Numbered from the stretch's first letter, positions 31,024 through 44,533 are shown. The stretch: DNA of 64,000 nt from Mantamonas sphyraenae STR306 (GCA_026936335.1 JAPMXV010000011.1:226544-290543); one strand, 5' to 3'. The notes: generated by a model from the letters alone, not told the origin. Translations and numbers: made by a program.

Positions 31024-34000
31024 TCACGGGAGAACCTCTTGGGTGGGCAGTCGCATCCAGCCGCCACTCCGCCTTCGGCGAAGCCAACGCAGGCCCATAC
31101 CCATGGCAATGAACAGTCCGATGGCAGCCATAGAAGCGCCGAGAAACTGGAGGGCCACATCACGCAGGTTTTCGCGCTGGTTCTTCACGTTCTCCTGATG
31201 CTGGCTGCTCTTTTCTTGCTGGCAACGCAGGTACTCTTCCAGATCACCACACGTGCCACAATCGTTGTAGCGATTGCCCGAGTTTGGCACTCCGTCGCAT
31301 CCCGCACACGTGCTGTTGTCACCCGCACAGACCTCGCACGCGTCCATGACCAATCCGGAGTTCAACACACCGTCGCACCCGACGCACGACATGTCGTCTC
31401 CGCCACAGACACCGCACCTGTCCACGGTCTTGTTGGACCACAGCACCCCGTCGCAGCCACGGCACCACTGACCGTCGCCTGCGCAGCGGCCACAAGCGTC
31501 CACGGTCTTGTTGGACCAAAGCAACCCGTCGCAGCCCGTGCAGGTGCTGTTGTCGCCCCCACACATGCCACATGCATCTGTGGTCAGGTTGGACCAAGGC
31601 TGACCATCGCATCCGACGCACACGTTGAACCCGCCGCACACGCCACAGGCGTCCACAAGCAATCCCGAGTTGACAACACCGTCGCAGCCTGTACACGTGC
31701 CGTTGTTGCCACCACACACGCCACACGCGTCCACGACCAGTCCTGAGTGCAAGACGCCGTCACAGCCTGTACATGTGCTGTTGTCGCCTGCGCATACTGA
31801 GCACGCATCAAATTCAAACTGCCCCTGTAAGCACGGGAATGCGGCTCCTTCCACGCAGCGACCACCTTGTAACTCGTAGCCGTCAAAGCAGCGACAACGT
31901 TTGTCCCCGGTAGGTTGTGTGCAATAGTCATCCAACGCCGATTCCAAGCTCCGTTGCCAGGACGCCACGTCCCACATCGAAAGGTTGTACGACCCGTCCC
32001 TGATTGTTTGCATGACGCTGCGAATGATAGGTAGCCTCTGCTCGAGCATCCAGTACACCAGCGCATGACAAGAGGCTTCACCTTGCACATCAAGGATGCT
32101 GTTGTTGAGCAGCTGCAGAAGCGTCCCAGAGGGTCCTACCTTGTCCTGGCTTGCACAGCTGATGCTCTGGATGACATCGATGTACTCGCCAAAGCAGTAG
32201 CCGTTGTCCATGCCGTCATCCTCGAGAGACAGGGCCTTGAGCGTCAGTGCCATTCCTTCTGTAAAACACTCGGTGGCGGCAGCCATGGAGCTTGGGCGCA
32301 CAAAGGCTCGGAAGAGGTGGTCAAACACAAGGTGGCCCAAGTCGTTGTTGCTGGCCTTTTGGTACACGTACGCTTCGCCGGCGGTGGGTATGTACAAGAG
32401 CCCGCCGTAGCGTTTCGTAGCGTCGTTGGCTGGCAGCATGCTAACGACAAGGTCAAAGTCGTCCTGGGTGTCGAACATGTACACGCGCATGAGTTTGTGG
32501 CTGTCTGTACCGTCAAACGTGTTTACGTGGCGGAAGAATCTCCAGTCGAGGAGAGAAACAAATGTGCCGTACACGGAGCGAAGGTAGTCGTAGACGCGGT
32601 TGCGAGTATCTCTGTTTGCATGTGAGTCGCTGTACAAAGTAAATGACATGAGACAGGAGCCGAAGCGATGGACTTCGCGAGGGAGGGCGCAGTAGTTGCG
32701 CGCGTTGTCAAACTCGACCTCACTGAGATCCCATGTGAGATGTTCGGTTCGATTCAGCAGCCTAAGGGCACGAGCAACATCGAGACGAGCAGCAAAGTCG
32801 CGGCTCTCGATGGCTGTGTGATCCCAGTAGCTGCGCGCGCCGTCAAGGAGGGCGTCGTGCATATCCGCGTCCTCTGGGCGCAACTGTGTGGTCACGAGGA
32901 CGAGCGAAGCTGCTGCGAGGCGAACGTGTGTCCGTGATGGGCTACCAAGGCCAACAGGTCCGACGATATAGGTGGCCTGTTCAGCTGTAATGTCGGGAGC
33001 TGCCTTGTTGAGCAGGCTGAGGGCGCTGTCAAGGGCCAGAGTGCGCAGGGCACTTGAATACGTGTTTGTGTCGTTGGTGATGGCTTGCATGGGAGACAAG
33101 GCGCGGGGTTGAGGAAAGAGATATGTGTTGAGGAGGCTGAGGGTGGGCAGGAGAACCTCCGGACGATCAAACGTTGGTGTGAGACGTTGCAGGATGACAG
33201 GGGCGATGATATCTCGGTGTTGTGCAAATACGGTGCTGGGCTGCTGCTCCCCTCCTCCAGCGAATTTGTCGTAGGCTGCAATATCGGCGAGGGTAGCGAT
33301 GGCGTTGCGGCGGGCATGGAAAGAAGAGGAGTTTGTGGCATTCGCAAGCAGGGGTTTGAGGACATTGTCGTACCCATTAGTCTCGACGACAAAATGGTAG
33401 ACGGATTGGGTGAGCGTAGAGCGGCAGGTGGCATCTGCGAACGGAAGGATGTTGAGGATGAGGTCAAGACTCTGTGAGGCGTCTTTTCCGGTGACACATT
33501 CGAGGAGATCGCCGGCAAGGACATGGTCGGCCACAAAGGCATCCCACTGGGTGCACAACTGCGACGAGAGTGAAGCAGATTGGCACACAGAGGGGAAGGA
33601 CTTTGGAAGATCCTGTGCGAGGGCGTGAAACGATGACCACGGGAGACGGAAACCATCGCGTTGGACAACGGCGAGCCAAGCGGCGAGGAAGTCTGCGGAG
33701 GCGACGGACGAATTGGCCAGTGTGTACAAGGCGTCGATACGCGATGGATTCCGCTGGACGTCGTCGAGCAATGCTGGCGTGTGGCAAGGGAGCGGCAGGT
33801 GGGGGTGAGCGGTGGGAAGTGGAATGGAATGGGAAGTGTCAGGCGCCGGGACAGGTGATCTGGGGCATGCAGAGAGTCGGAAGGGACGTACCCGTGATAC
33901 ACGGACGGCTACATGGGCTGTCTGTGTCTCGTGTGACGTTGCAGTGTGCGAGGAGCGCAGAGGCGAGCTGGTGGGCGGTTGTGTTTTCGTTGCGAGCCAA

Positions 34001-34114
34001 CTGGCGCACAGTCAAAGTGCACTGGTCGTCATGCTGGCTTGCGGTTACCGACCCTGATAGCAACGCGCACAGTAAAACAATGAGCCACGGTGCTGGGGAG
34101 CCAAGGGAGCACAT
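31024..34114 (-). CDS. Type I membrane protein: signal peptide, helical region, degenerate gluzincin/collagenase-like domain, Cys-rich DxCGVCGG repeats, TM helix; exons 34114-33892, 33773-31024
   Basis: Signal peptide WLIVLLCALLSGSVTA; about 8 repeats of DACGVCGGDNSTCxGCDGV; TM segment FLGASMAAIGLFIAMGMGL. The GTACGT..CAG intron is in phase. Confidence 0.8.
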
Positions 34115-34171
34115 GTGTTCCAAGGGACGGATGTTTTGTTGGAAAGGGTGGGGACGGCCGCGACACACACA

Positions 34172-36947
34172 TCACAAGCTACTGCTGCTGTTGGTTTGCT
34201 GTTCGGTCTGGTCGTCCTTGGTGACGCCGAGGAGGGCGTTGGCAAGCTCGAGGTAGACGGCACAGTCTGGATCCTGGCGCCAGCGGGGTTGGATGAGATC
34301 AAAGTGTTTGAGAACGGCGTGGAAGACCTGCTTGTCGCCTGTGCTGCTGGCAACGCCGAGGAAGCGCTTTGCGGAAATGCGCTTGATGGGGTGGGTGCGC
34401 ACATACCGGAGGGCAATGAGAACCTGTTGACGGTCGAGAAGGACCTCGACAATGTCCTCGTACTTGCCGAGGCGCTCGAGCATGTCGAGCGCAAGCTGGA
34501 AGGCCGGTTCGTAGGAGTCTTGCAGACTGAGGAGTTGGCAAGCGACGTGGAGGGAGTCGTTGATGACGTGGTACTGGAGAAACTGGTGGAGCTGGTAGAA
34601 CTGGCCGTGTTTGACCAGGAGTTTGATGAGGAGTTCGCTGAGGTAGTAGAGAACGGGCAGCTGGTAGAAGCCCAGGGAGCGGATGTACTCTGTGAGGACG
34701 CCGACGAGGTACTTGTGGTCAAGTTCGCTGCTCTCAAGCGGGTAGAGGACGTAGGAGAAAAAGTCGTGCTGGTCGAGGACGACAAACCCCTCCTTGTTGT
34801 AGTAGGTCTCCATGTCTGCGCCGTCAAGGGCGAGCAGATCGTCTATGGAGGAAGGGAGTGCGTTTGATGACTGGTTGGAATTGGCGTCGGTATCGCGTGG
34901 GTCGCCGTCGTCGCCGTTGTCTGACTCTGCAACCTCGCTGACAAGGCCCGTGTCTGCGTCGTCGTCATGTCGGTTGAGAATGGAGCGGATGAGCTGACCC
35001 GTGGGGGTGTTTCCCATGTCGAGAAAGAGCTGAGAACCTTCCTTGTTGAGGGAAGAGTCTGCAGCGAGACCGCTGATCTGGCTGTACTGGCCAATGAGTG
35101 CGTAGACGCCTGCGCTGCCCTCGCTGCTGGTTGTGCTGTCTTGCATGCGCCTGCGTACACTGTCCTTGTCGATACGCTCCATGACGGCGCTGCTGTACAC
35201 TGTGTTGACGATGTCGAGAATGCGGGCGATGGTGGAGAGGCTTTCGCGCTCTTCTATGGCCGTGCGAAGGACGTGAAGGAGGAGGGCTTTGCTGTCCTTG
35301 CGTTTGATGAGAAAGGCGACGAGGTTGCCCTTGTCGCTAAAGGTTTCGCAGACGTCGCGAAGGTTTACGCGGAGCAGCCACATGTAGCCCGAGTCTTTGT
35401 CGAGGATGTAGCCCGGTTGATAGTAACGCCAAGAGTCGGAGTAGAGCTGGACGGCGCCGTCGATGGAGCTTCCGCGTGCGCGTTGGGAGCTGAGGCTGCC
35501 TGCGTTTGCAGTCTTTGGGGACGGGAGGTTGTCTTCGGGCGGAACAAAGGCACCCATGGGTAGCGGGGAGGCGACTGGGTAGAGGGGATTTGTCTTGAGG
35601 TCGTAGACGAGAGAGATCTTCTGGTCGGTGTTGTGGACAATGAGGAGGTTGTCAACTACGTTTACGGCGAAGCGGCCGCTCGCGTAGAGATTGATGACGT
35701 GGGGGTCGGACACAAAATCCCTGTTGAGCTGGTATAGGGCGAGTTGTTGGTGGGCGGCGTTGATGTGCACGACATAATTTCGTTCGTAGAGGAGGGCGAC
35801 GACGAGTTCGTTTTGGCGAAGAGGTTGGATTTTGCCCGTGTGGACATCCTTGGGCAGGTCGACGACGAGTTTTGCCATTTTGATGATTGATCCTGTGGAA
35901 AGGAGCGGAGTGGGGGGGTGGGGGGTGGGGGTGGGGGTGGGTGTTGGGATGGGTATCGGGGGGACGAAGCGGGTTGAGGGAAAGTGGGACCAGGGTTGTG
36001 ATCGGCGACGTACCTGGAACAAAGGTGTAGCCGTACATGATGTTGTTGTGGTCACCGGTGGCGAGGAGAGCCATACGTGCCTCGTGCTGCGGGAAGGAGC
36101 AAGGAGGGTTGGGGGGTGTGGTTAGCCTGGGGCCAGGTGAAGAGGGAGGGACAGAGGGGACACACACGTACAGAGTAGACGAACCAGCTGCAGGGCTTCT
36201 TGATGGACTTGACGCTTTTGAGTTTCTTGTCGTTGTGGATCTTGTGGACCTCGACGCCGGCGTTTGTGAAGAGAGCGATCTGGTTTGTGTGGGTCCAGTG
36301 GAAGCCCAGAAGATAGGACTTGGACTTGCAGACGTGGGAAAAGATGCCACCTGTTTGCAGGTTGACGAAATCCTGTGAGACAAGAGGTGGCGCACGGGGT
36401 GGCGCACGGGGCGTGGAAGGAAGGGGAGGCGGGGCAGGCGCAGGGCGAATGTTAGAAGGCGAGGATGGTGCAGGAGGAAGGTCAAGGGGGCGGCACGCAC
36501 GAGTTCTGTGTCTGATCGCTGGATGGCAAGGTAGAGGTTGTCGAAGCTGAGTTTCATGTTTGCGGCAGGCCTGTCATTGGAGTAGGAGAGGACGACGGAG
36601 GCTGTGTCGCGGGAGAGGGAGTCGGAGGGCTTGCTGCCACCGCTGCTACTGCTGCTGCTGCTGCTGCTGCTTGCGGTCTTGCTGATCTCCACCCAGTCGC
36701 CCTCGGTATCGTCGTCGAGGCCACGTGTGCTGTTCTGCTCAATGAGGACCTGTTGATGGTGGGCGTGCTTGATGTTGCGGGAGTGGGCGTCTTTGGTGAG
36801 GCGAACGGAGAAGACGGAGATCTGCTCGCCATTGGTGACAAGGAGGTGCTTGTGGGCCTCGTCAAAGAACACCTGGGTGTCCTTGGCGCTGTTTTCGCTT
36901 GCAAAGCGGACAAAGTGAGGCTGGAAGGCCACGTGCACACCGTCCAT
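34172..36947 (-). CDS. RMC1: Regulator of MON1-CCZ1 (RMC1/C18orf8/Mic1), exons 36947-36501, 36372-36172, 36086-36014, 35892-34172
   Basis: VFFDEAHK N-terminus, FAVNVVDNLLIVH, and the Mic1 domain LTEYIRSL...LHQFLQYHVINDS...QLALDMLERL. Three in-phase introns. Confidence 0.92.
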
Positions 36948-37050
36948 TGTCTGTCGAAGGTTTGGCGACGGGGCCGCCACCTAAAATTTGACCATTTCGG
37001 CCATTTTCGACCAAGATGGAAGCGTGAGATCAAGCGAGCACTATGAATAT

Positions 37051-38931
37051 ATGTACGGAGAGGAGCACGGGTTGGGGAGCAAGGAGGATGGAGAGGAGGT
37101 GGAAGAGGGGAGGAAAGTGGCAAGTCTGGTGGAGTTGTGTGTGCGGTGCGTGGCACGGCATGTGGGGCGACTGGAGCGGGATGCTTTGGAGATGGTTCCA
37201 CAAGAGCTATTGGAGAGGTGAGTGGTCAGGGTGTGCGTGGCATGGAGTGGAATGTGTGCCAAGAAAAAGCTGACGGGATTTCTCAGAATATGTGAGGAGG
37301 TGATTGGGCAAGAGTTTGTGAGTGCACAGGCAGTGGATCGGATGCTGGTGTCGAGCACAAGCGTGGTGGATTTGAGCAGTCTGACGCGGATGAGCGTGAG
37401 CGCACGACAGCGTGAGGAGGCAAGCAGCAGCAATGTGGAGCTGAACGAAGCGTTGCTGGAGGTGTTGACGGAGCATGGGGAGCATCTGGAGCATGTGAGT
37501 GTGACAGACGTGCGGCCGATGAAGGAGGTGGGGCGAGATTGCCTGCGGAGGTTTGTGCGTGGGATGCACGTGCTGCAGACGCTGGCGGTGAGCGGGTGCG
37601 CGTTTGTGACGGACGAGTTTGTCGTGCAGCTGTGCAAGCACACGCACGAGACGCTGGCCAACGTGGACTTTTCTGGTAGTGGGATCAGCGATGCATCGCT
37701 TCAGGCGCTGGGCAAGTGTGGTGGGTTGGCGCGGGTGACGTTGAATCAGTGTCCGCGGCTGACGGCGAATGGCTTCTGCAAGCTGTTGCGTGCGCGTGGA
37801 GCAGGACTGAGTGAGCTGGGAGTGAGTGACTCTGCACACTTTGACGACGAATGTTGCATGGTGCTTTCCAAACATTGCCAGAAGCTGGAGGCGCTGGACT
37901 TGAGCAACTGCACCGGGGTCAGCGCAAGGGGAGTGTGTGCGCTGGAGCCGATGAGCGTGGAACGGAGTGTGGAAGAGGAGGAGGAGGAGGAGGAGGAGGC
38001 GGATGCTTGTGTGGTGGAGTCGTGGGAGGATGGGGTCGGGAGCGAGGATGAGCTGGGGTTGGACTGGGATGTGGAGGAGGCGGATGAGGAGGCGCTGATG
38101 ATGGTGCCTGTGGAAGAAGATGAGTGGAGCGACGAAGAGGAAAAGGCATGGGTGGAGAAGGAGGCGTACGACGAGGTGAAGGTGGGCATGGATGGGGAAG
38201 CGATGGTGGGCTGTCCGGTGCTGCAGATCTTGATTCTGCGTGGCATCGGGATGACAGATCAGCTGATCGACCCGCGAGATGTAGATCGTGCATTGACAGC
38301 GATTGGCGGGCTGGCGCACCTGCGCGCACTGGCGTTGCCCAGATGGTTTGCGTTCCGGCAGCACCGGCGAGCAGTGACGTTGAGCAAGCGGCTGCGGAAG
38401 CTGGAGGTGCTGTCTCTGAGCGGGAATGCGTATGTGGACGACGCGACTGCGCGTTGTTTCGTGGATGGGTGTGCGTTGCGTGTGTTGGACGTGTCGTCGA
38501 CGCGTGTGACGCAGGCCTTTGCGAGGCACTTGTTGCGCACTGCGACGCGGCTGCGTGTGTTGCACATGGGACGAACGAGCGGAGTGGACGAAAGGACGGT
38601 TGTGCAGGGATTGCGAGAAGGGCATGTGATGCAGTCGCTGGCGTGGGCGAATTTCAGCCATGTGGTTGTGGGGACCACGAGCGAGGAGATGAAGGAACTG
38701 CTTCCCAATGCACGGCAGGTGCTTGTGGGCTACGAACACATGCACAGTGATCAGCTTCGGCTTGACCTGGACGAGGTTCACTGGTTGCTGGATGCGCCCG
38801 AGCTTTGGGCCGAGGAAACGCGTGTTGTGCGTTCGCGCATGCGATGGCTGCGTGGCCAAGAGGCTGAGGAGCATGTGGATTATGCGAAGCGTGCACGTGT
38901 GGCGATGCAGCGGGGGGTTGTGATCGGGTGA
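37051..38931 (+). CDS. Leucine-rich repeat protein (AMN1/FBXL-type Cys-containing LRRs), exons 37051-37217, 37287-38931
   Basis: VASLVELC (BC-box-like) and LRRs LAVSGCAFVTD, LNQCPRLT, LEALDLSNCTGVS, LEVLSLSGNAYVDD. Confidence 0.8.
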
Positions 38932-38989
38932 GGAGTGGTGCAGATGCGTGCGTGCGCCGCTGCATCGAAATTCAAACTTCAACGCAAAA

Positions 38990-41623
38990 ATGTGGGTGCA
39001 ACAGTGTGGGAGAAGGGGTGGGGTCCCATAGAAGACTTGTGGATGTGTGTGGGTGGGTATGGGCGTCGTGTGGGTGTTGGATGGGGTGTGGCACGGAGTT
39101 TGTGCACGTGGCCGAAAATGGCGAAAAAGGATGCTTTTTCAGTGACCAGCCCATTTCACCGTTTCCGTCCGCGCGCTTGCTGACGACCTGTACGGCGACC
39201 ACAGGGGAGGAAACTCTTCGAAGCTGCCTGAATTCCAGTCGCAGATGATTGACAACACGCGTGAGGACGAGTCGAAGATCCTTCGGTGAGTGGAGCGGGC
39301 GTAGAGGCGGTCAGAGAAGGTTGAGGGCGGTGACGCATTCGTGGCGCGCACACGCGTTTGGGGTTTGGCTGCGTCCACAAAAATGGCGTGTGCAACGCAG
39401 AGTGTACAGAAACACAGCCTCGCACGCAACACATATGTGCGTGCGAGCACGTGTGCGTGCAGGTGCAGAGGGAGCGCAACGGGAAGGGTGTGGGAGCCGG
39501 GAACGCTCGTCGCTGACACGGGAACGTGATTGTCTGCGCGTGCTGGAAAAAAACGGAAGCTCGCTCCACGCTACCAAGGACGGGTTTGTGGACACGTTCA
39601 AGGAGAAGCAGACGCTGTATCCGTGCTGGGAGGCTTCGGTACAAGCGTTCCCAGACCGTGATTGCTTTGGTGTGCGCCAGGTGGACGCCAACGGCGAGGC
39701 CGGTGAGTTGGCCATTTTTGTGGCTATTTTTTTCCCTCTCGCATGGTGCGGCGGGTTCACAGGAACGCGCTGGGGTGCGTGCAGGCCTGCGAAAGGGTGG
39801 ATCAAACTGACACACGAGCGTGCAACTATGCTGGATGGACAACGGCCGCAGGCGACTTTGCCTTTGAGAGCTACGCCACGGTGTCGGAGAAGGTGAACCA
39901 GATCGCTTCGGGTCTGGTGAAGCTGGGTTGCGAACAGGGCGCAAACATCGGTCTGTACAGCATCAACCGCCCCGAGTGGGTGATGTCTGAGCTGGCTTGC
40001 TACCGTCAGAACTTTGTGGGCATCCCGCTGTACGACACGCTTGGCGAGGAGGCGATCGAGTACATCACGTCGCAGGCCGAGATCAACTACGTCGTGTGCT
40101 CGGCGGACAAGATCGAGAAGCTGCTGCACGTGTCGGCCAAGACGGAGTACATCAACTACATCATCTCGATGGACGACCTGAGCGACGACGTCAAGGCACA
40201 GGGCGAGGAGTCGGGCGTGACGATTGTGGACCTCAAGAGCGTGATGGAGCAAGGCAAGGAGAACATGGTGGACGCTTCGCCTGCGGAGAGCCCCGACAGC
40301 ATTGCCACAATCTGCTACACGTCCGGTACCACGGGCAACCCGAAGGGCGTGGTGCTGAGCCACTCGAGCTTCTGCGGCATGCTGGGCTCGATCACCATCC
40401 ACGGCGTGGAGGTGTTTGAGACGGACGTGCACATCTCGTACCTGCCTCTGGCTCACGTGTTTGAGCGCGCAGTGATGACCATTGTGTACTCGTCGGGTGC
40501 GTCGGCCGGTTTCTTCCAGGGCGAGATCCCCAAGCTGTTTGACGACATCCACACGCTGCGCCCCACGTTCTTCCCGTCCGTGCCGCGCCTGTTCAACCGC
40601 CTGTACGACAAAATCAACATGGCGTTTGCCGACTTTGGCGGCGTGAAGAAGTGGATGTTCGACACTGGTCTGGAGGCCAAGACGAACGCCCTTTCGGACG
40701 GCACGCGAGAGTCTGCCATCTGGGACGCTGTGCTGTTCAACAAGATCAAGGACAAGCTGGGCGGCCGCGTGCGCTTCATCATCACAGGCTCTGCACCGCT
40801 GTCTTCCACCGTGCAGGACTTCCTGCAGTGCTGCTTCTGCTGCCCGGTGATCCAGGGCTACGGTCTGACCGAGACGTGCGCCGCCTCTACGGCCACTCTG
40901 TTTGACGACACCGCATCTGGACACGTGGGTGTTCCGCTTGCGTGCTGCGAGGTGACCCTTCGCGACGTGCCGGACATGGACTACCTGCACACCGACGACC
41001 CGCCGCGCGGTGAGGTGATGATCCGCGGTGTCAACGTGTTCTCCGGCTACTACAAGAACCCGGAGAAGACGGCCGAGGAGCTGGAGGAGGACGGTTGGTT
41101 CCACACGGGCGACATCGGTCAGATCAACCCGAACGGCACTCTGTCGATCATCGACCGCAAGAAGAACTTGTTCAAGCTTGCCCAGGGTGAGTACATTGCC
41201 CCGGAGAAGGTCGAGGGTGCGCTGGGCAAGAACCCGTACGTGCTGCAGATCTTTGTCACCGGCAACAGCCTGGAGTCTCGTCTGGTGGCCGTCGTGGTGC
41301 CGGACCCGGAGACGCTGCTGCCGTGGGCGTCGCAGCAGGGCATGGAGAACGCGGACGACCTGGCCGCACTGTGCCAGAGCGACGACGTGAAGAAGTTCAT
41401 CGCCAGCGAGATCAAGTCAACGGGCCAGGCCGCCAACCTGCGCGGTTTCGAGTTCCCGCATGCGCTGCACCTGGAGCCGGAGCCTTTCAGCGTGGAGAAC
41501 GAGATCCTGACCCCGACGTTCAAGCTGAAGCGCAAGGTTGCTCAGGACAACTACGCCGAGCAGATCGAGGAGATGTACGCGGCCATCCACGCCGCGGACG
41601 ACGCCAAGAACAAGAAGAAGTAA
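38990..41623 (+). CDS. ACSL: Long-chain acyl-CoA synthetase, exons 38990-38991 (AT), 39205-39285, 39560-39702, 39852-41623
   Basis: YTSGTTGNPKG, SYLPLAHVFE, QGYGLTET, GWFHTGDIG, IDRKKNLFKLAQGEYIAPEKVE, LTPTFKLKR. The 5' exon structure is inferred. Confidence 0.95.
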
Positions 41624-41729
41624 GCGCCATGTGTGGAGAAGCGGAGGTGAAGGAGAAGGACAAGGACAATTTAGCGGGCGACGCAAACGTTGCTCAAGTT
41701 GCACTCGCACACGATCTTGGTCACTCTTG

Positions 41730-43125
41730 TCATTGTTCGTCCTCGTCCCCTGGGGAGGAGGAAACGTTGGAGTCTGCATCGGAGTTGTTGTCTTCCGAGG
41801 CAGAATTGCCGTCGGCGGAGAGCTGGATGGCTACGGATGGTGTGGAGGTGGTGGAAGAGGTAGAGGAGGAGGAGGAGGAAGAAGAGGAGGTTTGTGCCTC
41901 GTCGCCTTCGTTGTCGTTGTCGGCTGTGTCATCCTCCTGCTGCTGGGGCACGTTGACGCCCATGCGACGCATGTGGACCTGGAGGTGCATGTTGACCTCC
42001 TCGGCTGCAGAGAGGTAGGGAAAGTTGCCGCCGAGCTTGATCATGCCGACGTGGGCGTTGGGGTAGCGCTCGTAAAGCTCGTCGCGGACCATGAGTGGGA
42101 TTGCAACGTCGTCATTGGTCTGTAACGGGGGGAAAGGGGGGGGAGATTGTTAGCCGTGAAACGAGGGCGGGTGGGACGAGTGGGGAGGGCGGGCGCGCGT
42201 ACGTCGATGATGGTGATGTTTTCGTCAGAGAGCTTGAGTTCGGGCACGCTCATGAGGAGACAGTTGAGGGTGAGGGCCGAGGCAATGCTGGAGCCCGGCT
42301 GAGAGTCGATTTGCTCGACCATGAAGTCGATCGAGTCGGCGATTTCGGAAGGGACCTCTTCGGTGGGGAAGTTGAGCATGACGGTGCGCTTGAGCATAAA
42401 GTCGGGCATGTATGGGAAGCTGGGATGGACAGAAAGTGGGTGGGGGAGGTGGGCGAACGGGGATTGTTTGAGGCAGTGTGTGAGCGGGTGGGGCAACAAA
42501 CGGGGGAAAGTGGGGGGAGGGCCCGTGCACGCGAAGATGCAGGCGGGCCAATGGAGGCAAAAGAGCGGGTGGGCGGGTGGGAAAAGGAGACTCGTACAAG
42601 GAAATTCCAGTGCTGTTCTCATTAAAGAACTTTGTGTCGAGAAAAGCGTTGGTGAGCACGAGAGAGAGGACCTTGTGCGGGCGGTAGGCGGCATAGAGCT
42701 GGACAAGGAAGCCGCCGAGGGAGCAGCCATACAGATGGGCCTTTTTGATCTGGATGGCGTCGAGGAAGGCATCAAAGCCCTGAAGCCACTCGGCGTGGGT
42801 ATAGTATGCGGCAGGAGTCACGGCAATGACGTGGAAGCCCTTGGGGGCGAGGGCATTGATCTGCTTGTAAAAGACGTCTGCAGTGCCTGCGACGCCATGG
42901 AGACACACCAGGGGCTCGCCATCGCGAGGACCGGCCTGATAGTACGACCACTCCTTGTCGGAGCCCCTGACACCGACGTTGACGCGCTGGCGAGCGATGT
43001 TTGCACGGAAGTACTTGAAGGCCTCGTCGTCCACTGGAAGGGTGTGAGCAAGCTACAATGGAATGGAAGGATGGGTTGGGAGAGAACAGGGCGGGGAGGG
43101 CGAGGGGGAGTTGGGGGCGCGTACT
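41730..43125 (-). CDS. SPG21: Maspardin (SPG21) alpha/beta-hydrolase-like protein, exons 43125 (A), 43033-42598, 42419-42203, 42119-41730
   Basis: AGPR..PLVCLHGVAGTADVFYKQ, GCSLGGFLVQ, DSIDFMVEQ, LTLNC, GGNFPYLS..EVNMHLQVH. The introns are in phase. Confidence 0.92.
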
Positions 43126-43418
43126 GGGTCGTGTGCGGTTGTGGTGACGGGGCGCGGGCAGAGGCAAGCGACGACGAATGGTGAGTGAGGAACGATGAGA
43201 GCGAGGAGGGTGTCGCACAGAGGAGAAAAGGATGGAAGGGAGAGAGAGCGGCCACTGACAGGTGGGGAGTGTGCGTTGCGTGTGTGCAGGGCTGTGGGAC
43301 GAGCAAGACGGGCAGAAATCCGACAGCCGGTCTGGCTGGCGAAGGAGGGGGTCAAGGGGCAGGAGGCGTGCATGGAAGTGGAGCATCATCATCGAGCAGC
43401 AGCAGTGGAAAGGCAGAA

Positions 43419-44533
43419 ATGGGAGTGGCAACGGAACTGGATGTGGAGGTGGGGGACTGGCTTGGTTTGCTGCGAGAGCCGTTGGTGCTGGGGCGGATCT
43501 TGAGGCACATGAGCACAGAGGAGCAGCAGCAGTTTTCACACTGCAGCAAGGAAGTGCGCAAATTGGTCCTGGTGGAGGTGAGTGGAGAGAGAGAGATGGA
43601 TGTGTGGGGACACAGGGAGGACGAGTAGAGAAGGAGCTGACGCGCGCGAAACGCTTTCCAAAGTTGGCAAGAGCCTACCAAGAACGGATCCGGGTGCTGA
43701 GCAAGCGGCGAAGCAGGGAGAAGCACCAGGTGGACTTTGAGACGGCAGTGAAGATGAAAACAGAGATGGGGCAGTTGTACATGCAATGCAGCAGCTTCGA
43801 CGAGGCCGGAGTGGGCACGGTGCTGGCGCTTGACGTGGCGCCCAACAGGGGCTTTGCGTTGCTGGCTCTGATGCTCCTGCATGTGTGTGGAAGGCTGTCG
43901 GAACGGGAACTGGCACAGATTGGCATGTCGAGCGAAGAGGACGGAGTGTTGGACGACGACGGATACCTGGAGGAAAAGTGGGAGCAGCTGAGCAGCAGCG
44001 TGCTGCCTATTGAGGTGATTCAAGGGATGAGGCAACTCTATGGGCAGGTGGAAAGCGGGACAATGGATGGAGTCACAGCAGGGCTGCTGGACAGACTGTG
44101 CACGTGCGAAGCGTTTGCGTCGGCTTGGGTGGACGAAAACACAGTGATTGCAGGTGCAGAAGGGGCGCTGGAAGGACTGGGGGTAGGCTATACAATGGTG
44201 GACGGAGTGCCGGTGCCTGTGGAGGGGGGAGGGAAAGGAGCAGCCGGGAAGGCCAAAGAGGCGAATCCGCAAGCGTACGACCACAAGGTGGCGTATGCCA
44301 AGGAGCACCTGGATTTCTTCCACGCTGTGTACAAATTCGAAGCGAGTGGGGCGGGGCAGCAGATTCTGAGCAAGCTAAAGGTGATTGAACTGCGCAAACT
44401 GGCCGACGCTGTGGAAAAGGTGTTGCGGGAAGAATATCCGCAAGAGTGCAGCACACATCCGCATGATGTGGAGATTGATGGGGAGAAGCTTGTGTTTGTG
44501 GTGAGTGTGGATGAGGAGAGCGGGCATGGATGA
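43419..44533 (+). CDS. Hypothetical protein with possible N-terminal F-box-like segment, exons 43419-43577, 43664-44533
   Basis: A GTGAGT..GCTGAC..AAG phase-0 intron joins LLREPLVLGRILRHMS...CSKEVR to a protein-like ORF. Confidence 0.6.

Noticed and set aside
37207-41104. Long minus-strand ORFs (591 aa, 597 aa) and similar ones opposite RPS3A, AP3D and AP3B
   Set aside because: These are antisense shadows produced by GC-rich codon bias, with no motifs.
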